A stretch of DNA of 64,000 nt from a virus. The notes beneath the pieces are model-generated. The model saw only the letters and a program-made list of their open reading frames with translations. It did not search any database and was not told the DNA's origin. The DNA is taken from IMG/VR virus record IMGVR_UViG_3300027977_000009. One strand, written 5' to 3'. This document shows, one piece after another, positions 1 to 6,929 of the stretch (positions within the stretch are counted from its first letter, which is position 1; each line of letters opens with the position of its first letter). A program made the translations under genes and the position numbers.

Positions 1-260
1 AAGTGCAAGTCGGAACGAGGCTGCAAAGCACTATAAAAAAAGAACGGGCGGTGATAGGGATGAAATCTGCGGAGAGAACGCAGAGAGTAAAAACTTTCAG
101 TGAGGAACATTGTGATTCCTCGCAAGCGGGCAAGTCCGAAATGCCGGACAACATAGTCTCGCTTGTCAACAAAAGGCTAACCTATATCAAACTTTAAACA
201 TAGTGTATATCGCCAGAAGGTCGGCTTTTATCTGACCACCGGGTGCTAGAAAGACACACA
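1..260 (+). ncRNA. 3' part of a putative large structured ncRNA (cut by window edge)
   Basis: Several nested helices (67-71/79-83, 100-107/116-123, 124-130/158-164, 134-138/145-149, 219-224/232-237); no convincing ORF; leads into the tRNA array. Confidence 0.4.
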
Positions 261-286
261 TTTTGATATGAATGGGAGGATTGTGC

Positions 287-360
287 TGGGGGATAGCACA
301 ATTTGGTAGTGCGTCGGTTTTTGGTACCGAAGGTTCTAGGTTCGAGCCCTAGTCCCCCAG
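287..360 (+). tRNA. tRNA-Gln(TTG); no CCA directly after N73; acceptor helix extended by 13 bp
   Basis: Acceptor TGGGGGA/TCCCCCA, anticodon arm TCGGT-TTTTGGT-ACCGA, T-loop TTCGAGC. Confidence 0.85.
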
Positions 361-385
361 CACAATCCTCTCGGTACCATAAAAG

Positions 386-461
386 GCCGCCTTAACTCAG
401 TTGGTAGAGTATCTGTCTAGTAATCAGAATGTCGGCGGTTCGATTCCGTCAGGCGGCACCA
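386..461 (+). tRNA. tRNA-Thr(AGT)
   Basis: GCCGCCT/AGGCGGC-ACCA; anticodon loop CT-AGT-AA. Confidence 0.9.
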
Positions 462-475
462 TTACTCATTATAAT

Positions 476-554
476 GCATCTGTATGCCGCCTGTCTTCGA
501 AACAGGAGAAAGCTAATTGGATACATGTAGGTTCGAGTCCTACCAGATGCGCCA
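476..554 (+). tRNA. Non-canonical tRNA-Arg(TCG) with D-loop-like segment 3' of the anticodon arm
   Basis: GCATCTG/CAGATGC-GCCA; CCTGT-CTTCGAA-ACAGG; GTAGG-TTCGAGT-CCTAC; only 7 nt between acceptor and anticodon arm. Confidence 0.75.
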
Positions 555-572
555 ATCTTTATTATTCTTTAT

Positions 573-657
573 GGGCACGAGGCTCTACGGTGGAGCAACT
601 GACTTTTAATCAGTCGAGATTTATCTCAAGTGGGTTCGACTCCCACCGTGCCCTCCA
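573..657 (+). tRNA. tRNA-Lys(TTT) with long variable arm
   Basis: GGGCACG/CGTGCCC-TCCA; ACTGA-CTTTTAA-TCAGT; variable hairpin GAGAT-TT-ATCTC. Confidence 0.85.
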
Positions 658-669
658 CCTATTTTGAAT

Positions 670-719
670 TCCTTTTAACAAATTGTTAAAAGGAGGTTCA
701 AATCCTTCTATCTGCACCA
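670..719 (+). pseudogene. tRNA 3' remnant (T-arm + CCA) fused to a palindrome
   Basis: GGAGGTTCAAATCCTTC-TATCTGC-ACCA; 5' half replaced by CCTTTTAACAA-ATTGTTAAAAGG. Confidence 0.55.
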
Positions 720-724
720 ACAAC

Positions 725-799
725 GGGTCTATAGTTCATTGGTAGAACGCTGTCCTGACTCGACAGAGGTGGAAGGTTCAATTCCTTCTAGACCCACCA
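725..799 (+). tRNA. tRNA-Val(GAC)
   Basis: GGGTCTA/TAGACCC-ACCA; CTGTC-CTGACTC-GACAG. Confidence 0.9.
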
Positions 800-916
800 A
801 AGTTTATGGGGCCGTCTTGTATGTCTATATTCCAAAAATAGAAGTAACCAAGAGAAAAATACGGTCCCGCTAATTAAACGATGTCAAAAATAATTCTCAA
901 GCAGGCAACTTTTTGG

Positions 917-989
917 TTGACATTATTCCTGTTATGTCGTACATTGAGAATATAGAGAGTGACAAAAGAAGTTCTCTCGTTCTTTGACA
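917..989 (+). promoter_or_regulatory. sigma70-type promoter followed by rRNA-like boxA
   Basis: TTGACA-N17-TACATT; GTTCTTTGACA at 979-989; same layout at 5461 and 10926. Confidence 0.7.
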
Positions 990-1000
990 TCGTTAGAAAA

Positions 1001-1242
1001 TAATAAGTCTCTTGCGAGACTTATTAGATGAATGCTACGTTGAGCCACCCAAAGGCTCATAACCGTACAAAGGTTTTTGTGGGTTCAATTCCCACGTGCG
1101 GGGTTTGGGAACGTAGTATTCTTCTAATAAGTATCGTGTGAGACTTATTAGATGAACATTCTGAGCCGCAAGTTTTGATGCTTGAGGAATGCAGACAGTA
1201 GAGATGAGCGATCTACCGGAATGTTCTTCTAATAAGTATCGT
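1001..1242 (+). ncRNA. Two tandem stem-flanked small RNA cassettes
   Basis: GAGACTTATTAGATGAA ... TTCTTCTAATAAGTATC occurs twice (1016-1135, 1140-1240), each enclosing a different structured insert. Confidence 0.6.
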
Positions 1243-1244
1243 AT

Positions 1245-1385
1245 GGTCTGGTGTTCTTAGAAAGGGAGTTCCTGCTAAGTGGCGAACTCTTTTGCTCTGA
1301 CCAGCAACGGAGAGGATAGGTCAGTATCCTAGGGAAGTGCAATTCTTCCAAGCATTAACAATAAGGGTCGCAATCAGCCGAACCA
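1245..1385 (+). ncRNA. Putative ~140-nt tRNA-like RNA ending in CCA
   Basis: T-arm-like GGAAG-TGCAATT-CTTCC, hairpin AGGATA/TATCCT, 3' end GAACCA. Confidence 0.35.
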
Positions 1386-1432
1386 ATGATTGTGTGATTG
1401 AAGGTAATATGGTTCCTTCTTCCGAATGTTAC

Positions 1433-1508
1433 GCCGAAATAGCTGATGTGGTCTTAGCGCCTGATTGAAGCTCAGGAGATGCTCGTTCGATCCGGGCTTT
1501 CGGCACCA
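1433..1508 (+). tRNA. tRNA-Phe(GAA)
   Basis: GCCGAAA/TTTCGGC-ACCA; CCTGA-TTGAAGC-TCAGG. Confidence 0.92.
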
Positions 1509-1543
1509 AGAATAACCCTTACTGTTACAGTAAGGTAAAGAAT

Positions 1544-1626
1544 GCGAGTATGGCGAAATTGGTAGACGCACTAGTTTTAGGTACTAGCGGGCAACCGTGG
1601 GGGTTCGAGTCCCTCTACTCGCACCA
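1544..1626 (+). tRNA. tRNA-Leu(TAG)
   Basis: Class II cloverleaf; CTAGT-TTTAGGT-ACTAG. Confidence 0.95.
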
Positions 1627-1714
1627 ACCATAAGCAGTACCGTCTGCTGAACCAATATCGGATTGAGATTAAGTTCTCTTGGTGGGTATTGAAAACAAAA
1701 CGGTTCAATTTATT

Positions 1715-1799
1715 GCCCCGATGGTGGAATCGGTAGACGCGGAAGATTCAAAATCTTTTGCCGCAAGGCGTGGGGGTTCAAGTCCCTCTCGGGGCACCA
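1715..1799 (+). tRNA. tRNA-Leu(CAA)
   Basis: Class II cloverleaf; GAAGA-TTCAAAA-TCTTT. Confidence 0.95.
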
Positions 1800-1805
1800 A
1801 GTTTG

Positions 1806-1987
1806 TAGTGGGTGTTGGAAGTATTAGTCACAGAGCCTAGGCTGGCCAGTTGAATCTCTGTAAAGGATGACGGTTCAAGTACGTATCATAGCAACCATCT
1901 GACGATGACTTCAACAACTAACCCTACCGACCGGCGCTTCTAATTGGTCGATAATGCTGCTGATGTTGTGGTACAGCAGGCCCACTA
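1806..1987 (+). ncRNA. Putative ~180-nt structured RNA
   Basis: Closing helix TAGTGGG/CCCACTA; internal hairpins ACAGAG/CTCTGT, CGACCGG/TTGGTCG, CTGCTG/CAGCAG. Confidence 0.45.
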
Positions 1988-2017
1988 TAAAGCATAAATA
2001 TTCATGGGAGGGTTCCT

Positions 2018-2395
2018 ATGAAGAAACTAGCAATATTGTTTTTGTTCTTAGTGCTTACAGCGTGTAATCAGCCTAATAATACAGGTGCTGACAACTATCG
2101 ATTTGTTGGCTCAGATTTTAATTATCGATTTGGCGCAAAACAATACGAGAACAGTAGAGTTACTGTTGATATTGTCACCTACAAATCAAGAACTGACTTA
2201 CAAAAAGAAGCACGTAAATATGGCGTAACTGATCCTAATTTGGCAGCATTTACTCTTTTATTTAAAAATGATCAAGGTAAATGCACTATACACATGATGG
2301 ATCCATCTATTTCATATGAGCCTGAGTTTGTGGGTCACGAGTTCCTACATTGTGTTTATGGTCAATGGCATACAGATAATAAATCTACAAGATAA
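2018..2395 (+). CDS. Lipoprotein with HExxH zincin motif
   Basis: Lipobox LTAC after a hydrophobic stretch; GHEFLHC; late promoter upstream. Confidence 0.65.
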   Translation: MKKLAILFLFLVLTACNQPNNTGADNYRFVGSDFNYRFGAKQYENSRVTVDIVTYKSRTDLQKEARKYGVTDPNLAAFTLLFKNDQGKCTIHMMDPSISYEPEFVGHEFLHCVYGQWHTDNKSTR

Positions 2396-2397
2396 TT

Positions 2398-2439
2398 GCC
2401 CTGTTAGTTAAATAGTAGAACGACTGTTCGTAGACACCA
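2398..2439 (+). pseudogene. Internally deleted tRNA remnant
   Basis: GCCCTGT-TAGTTAAATAGTAGAAC 5' half joined directly to CACCA. Confidence 0.45.
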
Positions 2440-2511
2440 ATCTATATCAAACAGGTTGACAGTAACATCAATATATAGTACTATAAATACAGAGAGAAAC
2501 AGGAGGTTTCA

Positions 2512-3069
2512 ATGGCAGTGCTAGCACTAGATGTGTCGGGAATTCCCCGGACATGGATTTCCCACGATGACGCGATCAGCTACCACGCAAAAGATTTGGT
2601 AGCTTGGACACTCGGTGATATCGTCGCTAGATACCACGGTGGCGTCCAAAAAGACGGCACCCGCAGCTACCTTGAAACTCCTAGCATCATCGCGGTCAAG
2701 GGCCATGGCTTTGATTTCCGCAAGCATAACAGAGTTATCCTATCTAATAAGACATTGTTTGCCCGTGATCGTAACATCTGTGCATACTGCGGTGGAAACT
2801 TCAGTCACACGAAGTTGAGTCGCGATCATATTGTTTCGAAGTTTCACGGTGGTGCAGACGAATGGATGAACGTAGTTACAGCTTGTTATAGTTGCAATCA
2901 ACAAAAGGGTTGCAAGACACTGAAGGAAGCACGTATGGAACTACTGTATGTCCCATATGCACCAAATCACTATGAACATTTGCTATTGCAAAATCGTCAT
3001 GTTCTTGCTGATCAGATGGAATATCTGATATCAGGTGTTCCTAAGCATAGTAGACTACTGATCAATTAG
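2512..3069 (+). CDS. HNH endonuclease (McrA-like)
   Basis: RDRNICAYCG ... SRDHIV ... NVVTACYSCNQQKG. Confidence 0.85.
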   Translation: MAVLALDVSGIPRTWISHDDAISYHAKDLVAWTLGDIVARYHGGVQKDGTRSYLETPSIIAVKGHGFDFRKHNRVILSNKTLFARDRNICAYCGGNFSHTKLSRDHIVSKFHGGADEWMNVVTACYSCNQQKGCKTLKEARMELLYVPYAPNHYEHLLLQNRHVLADQMEYLISGVPKHSRLLIN

Positions 3070-3120
3070 CAAAATATTTTGGCTGTGTTTTGATCTTATA
3101 AATACTTATATAAAGGTTGA

Positions 3121-3196
3121 TCCCAGGGACCGAGCAAGTGAACGGGCCTGACTGTTAATCAGGAGGCGGCAGGGGCGGTACCTGCCCTGGGAGCCA
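3121..3196 (+). tRNA. tRNA-Asn(GTT), atypical T-loop
   Basis: TCCCAGG/CCTGGGA-GCCA; CCTGA-CTGTTAA-TCAGG; T-loop GGCGGTA. Confidence 0.85.
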
Positions 3197-3204
3197 AAAT
3201 TAAT

Positions 3205-3280
3205 GCCCCTATAGCTCATTTGGTAGAGCATCTGTTTTGTAATCAGAAGGCGGTGGGTTCGAATCCTGCTGGGGGCACCA
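3205..3280 (+). tRNA. tRNA-Thr(TGT)
   Basis: Canonical cloverleaf; loop TT-TGT-AA; CCA. Confidence 0.93.
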
Positions 3281-3472
3281 TTTTTTCGATAGAGTCCAGG
3301 TAGGCCCGGTGAGTGTATTTAAGGTTGCGTCTAAAGCGTGTGAGTCGGGAACCCAAGCATGTCACACCGCATTCATTTCGGATAAAAATTCTCCTCCCGA
3401 ACTATTGAAAAACTGCTTGACATACTATCATCAGTTTGATATATTATAGAATGAAGTGAAGGGAATACTACA

Positions 3473-3694
3473 ATGACATTAGTTCTTACTGACCAGGAAA
3501 TTGATATTGTTCTGTATACGCTATTAAAGCAGGTAGACGAGTTGATGGTTGAACAAGATAAATATTGGCATACTGGAAACACTCTGCGAGCCGCAAATAT
3601 TCTAAAGACTCGTCGTCGTCTAATTTCGGCTATTGCTAAGATTCGGCAACATTCTGATCGTTCAGTGGGCACGAATTATTCTTTCTATGTGTAA
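3473..3694 (+). CDS. Hypothetical protein
   Basis: ORF with upstream TTGACA promoter and purine-rich RBS. Confidence 0.55.
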   Translation: MTLVLTDQEIDIVLYTLLKQVDELMVEQDKYWHTGNTLRAANILKTRRRLISAIAKIRQHSDRSVGTNYSFYV

Positions 3695-3701
3695 CACTAT
3701 T

Positions 3702-3778
3702 GACTCCTTAGCTCAGCTGGATAGAGTCACATACTTCTAATATGTAGGTCGCTGGTTCGAATCCAGCAGGAGTCGCCA
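3702..3778 (+). tRNA. tRNA-Arg(TCT)
   Basis: D-loop with A20 (GCTGGATA); ACATA-CTTCTAA-TATGT. Confidence 0.93.
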
Positions 3779-3828
3779 TTTTTTACTGAGAGGTAAAACG
3801 ATACTAAATATATATCTGCGTTGTGCAG

Positions 3829-3846
3829 GGGGAATTAGCTCATTAG
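3829..3846 (+). pseudogene. 5' stub of a tRNA-Ala disrupted by HNH insertion
   Basis: GGGGAATTAGCTCA is a typical tRNA-Ala 5' end; sequence switches abruptly to the HNH leader. Confidence 0.6.
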
Positions 3847-3888
3847 AACTCTTCATTGGCATAAATAGATGCGATAGAGGAGTTCTCA

Positions 3889-4329
3889 ATGAATAACGGA
3901 AGATACTATACTGAATCATACCAGCAAGGTCAAAATGAAAAAAATGATCGTAGGTTTGGTGCAGTTGAAGAACATAAAAAGACTTGTGCATGTTGTGGAA
4001 ATGCGTTTGTGTATGTCGGTAGACTAAAAACAAAAGCATTTGCAGCTTCAAAGTTTTGTAGTAGAGGTTGTGCTAATAATAGAAGCGAATGGTGGAAATC
4101 AAACGCTACTCAATATAGAACAATCGCTTTACAAAATCACGAGCATCAATGCGTTGTCTGCGGCTTCGATAAGATAGTTGCAATACATCACATTGATGAG
4201 AATAAAAAGAATAACGATCCGAGGAACCTAATTCCACTATGCCCGAATCATCATGAAATGGTGCATAGTAAATTCAGATCAGAGGTACAGCCATTCATTG
4301 ATGACTGGCAGAATAAATTGGGGATGTAA
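3889..4329 (+). CDS. HNH homing endonuclease with N-terminal Zn finger
   Basis: CACCG...FCSRGC; CVVCG...HHIDENKKNNDPRNLIPLCPNHH; late promoter and RBS-sequestering stem (AGAACTCTT/GAGGAGTTCT). Confidence 0.85.
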   Translation: MNNGRYYTESYQQGQNEKNDRRFGAVEEHKKTCACCGNAFVYVGRLKTKAFAASKFCSRGCANNRSEWWKSNATQYRTIALQNHEHQCVVCGFDKIVAIHHIDENKKNNDPRNLIPLCPNHHEMVHSKFRSEVQPFIDDWQNKLGM

Positions 4330-4393
4330 GCTAACGGTAAACTGGCGCCTTTGCAAGGCGCACTTAAGGGTTCGATTCCCTTCATCTCCACCA
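4320..4393 (+). tRNA. tRNA-Ala(TGC), overlapping the HNH stop codon
   Basis: GGGGATG/CATCTCC-ACCA with G3.U70; loop TT-TGC-AA. Confidence 0.88.
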
Positions 4394-4400
4394 AAATTAT

Positions 4401-4475
4401 CGGGGAGTAAGTCAGCGGTAGACGGCCTGCTTTGGGAGCAGGAGGTCGGAGGTTCGATCCCTCTCTCCCCGACCA
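4401..4475 (+). tRNA. tRNA-Pro(TGG)
   Basis: CGGGGAG/CTCCCCG-ACCA; CCTGC-TTTGGGA-GCAGG. Confidence 0.95.
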
Positions 4476-4482
4476 AAACAAG

Positions 4483-4558
4483 GCCCGGTTAGCTCAGTTG
4501 GGAGAGCATCTGGTTTACATCCAGAGGGTCAGCGGTTCGAGCCCGTTACCGGGTACCA
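4483..4558 (+). tRNA. tRNA-Val(TAC)
   Basis: Canonical; TCTGG-TTTACAT-CCAGA. Confidence 0.95.
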
Positions 4559-4563
4559 TTCCT

Positions 4564-4603
4564 AAAAAACTACAGATTTAAATATCTGTAGTTTTTTCTT
4601 TTT
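4564..4603 (+). terminator. Intrinsic terminator
   Basis: AAAAAACTACAGAT-TTAAAT-ATCTGTAGTTTTTT followed by T-rich run. Confidence 0.7.
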
Positions 4604-4634
4604 GTGATAAATACTCTACTGTCTGACAGTAAAA

Positions 4635-4862
4635 TTGAAAGAAAGGTTTTATGAGTTGGCTGACGTTCACAAACACATCCTGGTTAAGGGTTTTATAGAA
4701 GAGGCAACAGGGCCCGATTATGTATCAGTCTTGAATGACTGGTTTCTTAGGCTTGTTGATGCTATCGATATGAAGGTTCTTATGAATCCTCACTGCGTAT
4801 GGTGCGACGACGACGGGAATGAAGGCGTGACCGGTGTAGTGGGAAGGAAAGCATATGTCTAA
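4635..4862 (+). pseudogene. Truncated N-terminal half of a SAM decarboxylase-like gene
   Basis: HKHILV...W..LVDAIDMKVL...GNEGVTG parallels the downstream gene and stops before the self-cleavage Ser. Confidence 0.6.
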
Positions 4863-5241
4863 GATTCTACAACATAAGCATCTGATTATTAGAGCCGAAG
4901 TAAAAAATCCTCCAAAATGTGTAGATTTTATGGATAGCTGGATGAAGTCTCTAGTCGAAAAGATTGGGATGAAAATTTTAGACGGTCCTAGAACTATATA
5001 TTCTGATATGGAAGGTAATAGAGGACTTACCAGTTCCGTAATACTTAATACGAGTAATGCTTGTATCCATACATGGGACGAAGTGGATCCGGGGATTTTG
5101 ATGTTTGACATTTATTCTTGTGGTGATCTTGATCCAGAAGCAGTGTTACCTGAGTTAGATGTTTTTTCTCCTACCAAAGTAGAGTTTTTGTTTTTGGATA
5201 GAGAACATGGGTTAAACTTACTTTCACACAAAAAGCCTTAA
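4855..5241 (+). CDS. speD: S-adenosylmethionine decarboxylase-like pyruvoyl enzyme
   Basis: HKHLII...GLTSSVILNTSNACIHTW...FDIYSC. Confidence 0.75.
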   Translation: MSKILQHKHLIIRAEVKNPPKCVDFMDSWMKSLVEKIGMKILDGPRTIYSDMEGNRGLTSSVILNTSNACIHTWDEVDPGILMFDIYSCGDLDPEAVLPELDVFSPTKVEFLFLDREHGLNLLSHKKP

Positions 5242-5332
5242 AACTTTTTCTGAACCGACGATTCCTTTAGGTATTTGTAACCTTCATACTCGGTATTGGG
5301 GCATTCATATATTTATCTTATAAACTGATTGT

Positions 5333-5421
5333 GTGGGAATGACCGAGTGGTCGAAGGTGACAGTCTCCAAAACTGTTGTGGCGCAAGCCCCGCGTAGGTT
5401 CGAATCCTACTTCCTATGCCA
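5333..5421 (+). tRNA. tRNA with Trp anticodon (CCA) and Ser-like long variable arm
   Basis: ACAGT-CTCCAAA-ACTGT; D-arm GACCGAGTGGTCGAAGG; variable arm with GGC-GCAA-GCC; G73. Confidence 0.85.
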
Positions 5422-5460
5422 ACTATCTTTAAAAATAATCTCGCAAACTAAAATTAGTTA

Positions 5461-5536
5461 TTGACATTGGCCTGGACATGTCGTATATTGAGAACATAGA
5501 GAGAGAGCAGCGATGAGCTTTCTATGTTCTTTGACA
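5461..5536 (+). promoter_or_regulatory. sigma70 promoter + boxA
   Basis: TTGACA-N17-TATATT; GTTCTTTGACA at 5526-5536. Confidence 0.7.
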
Positions 5537-5566
5537 TTGTTAGAAATTCTAAATACTAATTGGTAT

Positions 5567-5650
5567 GGCCGCGTGGTGAAATTGGTGATACACGCCAGAC
5601 TTAAAATCTGGTTCTTCGGAGTGTCGGTTCGAGCCCGACCGCGGCTACCA
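5567..5650 (+). tRNA. tRNA-Leu(TAA)
   Basis: CCAGA-CTTAAAA-TCTGG; class II; ACCA. Confidence 0.93.
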
Positions 5651-5674
5651 TTTCAACTTGACAAGGAGCTAAAC

Positions 5675-5893
5675 ATGGATAATGTGATTCACGTAGACTT
5701 CAGTAAACAAGCCAATGAAGAAAGGCTAACCGTGTCAGCACTGGATTATTACCTAGACGGTCTTAGGACACTGGGTCTTGATGAAGATGACGTACTTGAT
5801 GTAGCAGATGCTATTAATAGTTACGACGAATATATAACAGCCGATGATGTTGTGCAAAAGTTTGCAGACGGTTGGTTGAAAAATCTACTTTAG
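5675..5893 (+). CDS. Hypothetical acidic protein
   Basis: AAGGAG RBS before ATG 5675; the upstream part of the ORF-track call overlaps a tRNA. Confidence 0.65.
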   Translation: MDNVIHVDFSKQANEERLTVSALDYYLDGLRTLGLDEDDVLDVADAINSYDEYITADDVVQKFADGWLKNLL

Positions 5894-5925
5894 TAATGTA
5901 GTTATTTCACTTGACACCAAATAAC

Positions 5926-6001
5926 GCGCTGTTAGCTCAACGGTTAGAGCGTCGGACTCATAATCCGCAGGTTGAGGGTTCGAATCCCCCACGGCGCACC
6001 A
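5926..6001 (+). tRNA. tRNA(CAT), probably Ile2 (lysidine substrate)
   Basis: Loop CT-CAT-AA; directly upstream of tilS; separate Met and fMet tRNAs are present. Confidence 0.85.
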
Positions 6002-6020
6002 TTTTTAACGAGAGACAATC

Positions 6021-6698
6021 ATGCCCGTATCTTGGAGAAAGCTCAAAAAAGAAATCTCTATTGAACTAGCTAAATATGACAACGTATTTGTCATGGCATC
6101 AGGCGGGGTTGATAGCATGGTTCTTTTGGACCTAGTAAGAAAAATCCGTTCAGACACCATCGCAATTCATTTCAGGCACATGATTCGTTCATCTGACTTC
6201 AACGACATGAATGCAGTTATCTCGTATGCACAAACATACAATCTTAGATTCTACTCAGGTTATGGCAACGGTTTAGCTAATATTTCCAACCAAGAGCATG
6301 AGGCAAGGAAACAAAGATGGAAATTCGTTGACGACACATTAAGTAACTTTTCTGAGAAAAATGTAGTATTAACTGCACATCATTATGATGACAATTTAGA
6401 GCAATACTTTATGGCTTCTATGCGAGGTTCTAAGAATCTAGTCATGCAGAAGCTATCAGAAACAGAAAAGAATTATGTCAAGTATAAGCCTCTCTTAGAG
6501 GTAGAAAAGGCAGATTTAATTTACACTGCACTATCTAACAAACTTGAATGGGTAGAAGACGAGACCAACATGTTGAACTGCCATGAAAGAAACGTACTTA
6601 GAAATAAAATCATTCCGGAAATGATGAAGATCAGAAATATCAGAAAGTCTATGCGACCACTAATTGAAGGACTTTCTTTCGTTGCCGGATGTGATTAA
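6021..6698 (+). CDS. tilS: tRNA(Ile)-lysidine synthetase, catalytic domain only
   Basis: SGGVDS PP-loop, EHEARKQR, LTAHHYDD, KPLL, WVEDETN, RNVLRNKIIP. Confidence 0.9.
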   Translation: MPVSWRKLKKEISIELAKYDNVFVMASGGVDSMVLLDLVRKIRSDTIAIHFRHMIRSSDFNDMNAVISYAQTYNLRFYSGYGNGLANISNQEHEARKQRWKFVDDTLSNFSEKNVVLTAHHYDDNLEQYFMASMRGSKNLVMQKLSETEKNYVKYKPLLEVEKADLIYTALSNKLEWVEDETNMLNCHERNVLRNKIIPEMMKIRNIRKSMRPLIEGLSFVAGCD

Positions 6699-6712
6699 AT
6701 AAATATTAATAC

Positions 6713-6802
6713 GGAAGCGTGGGTGAGCGGTTGAAACCTACAGTCTTGAAAACTGTCGAACCTGAAAGGGTTCCGTGGGTTCGAATCCCACCGCTTCCTC
6801 CA
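6713..6802 (+). tRNA. tRNA-Ser(TGA)
   Basis: Class II; ACAGT-CTTGAAA-ACTGT. Confidence 0.95.
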
Positions 6803-6813
6803 ACATAATATAC

Positions 6814-6899
6814 GGGGGAATGTCCCGAGCGGCAAAGGGGAGGGACTGTAAATCCCTTGGCGTTAGCCTTCGTAGGTTCGAGTCCTACTTCCCCCACCA
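6814..6899 (+). tRNA. tRNA-Tyr(GTA)
   Basis: Class II; AGGGA-CTGTAAA-TCCCT. Confidence 0.95.
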
Positions 6900-6929
6900 A
6901 TATTGTTCGTATGAAATGAAGGAAAGACA

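Noticed and set aside
124-240. RNase P RNA (AAGTCCGA ... CAGAAGGTCGGCTT resembles the P4 strands)
   Set aside because: Only ~90 nt separate the two strands, there is no GAGGAAAGUCC, and both segments are better explained by local hairpins.
1001-1242. CRISPR array
   Set aside because: Only about 2.5 repeat units, long self-structured inserts of unequal length, and no cas genes in the window.
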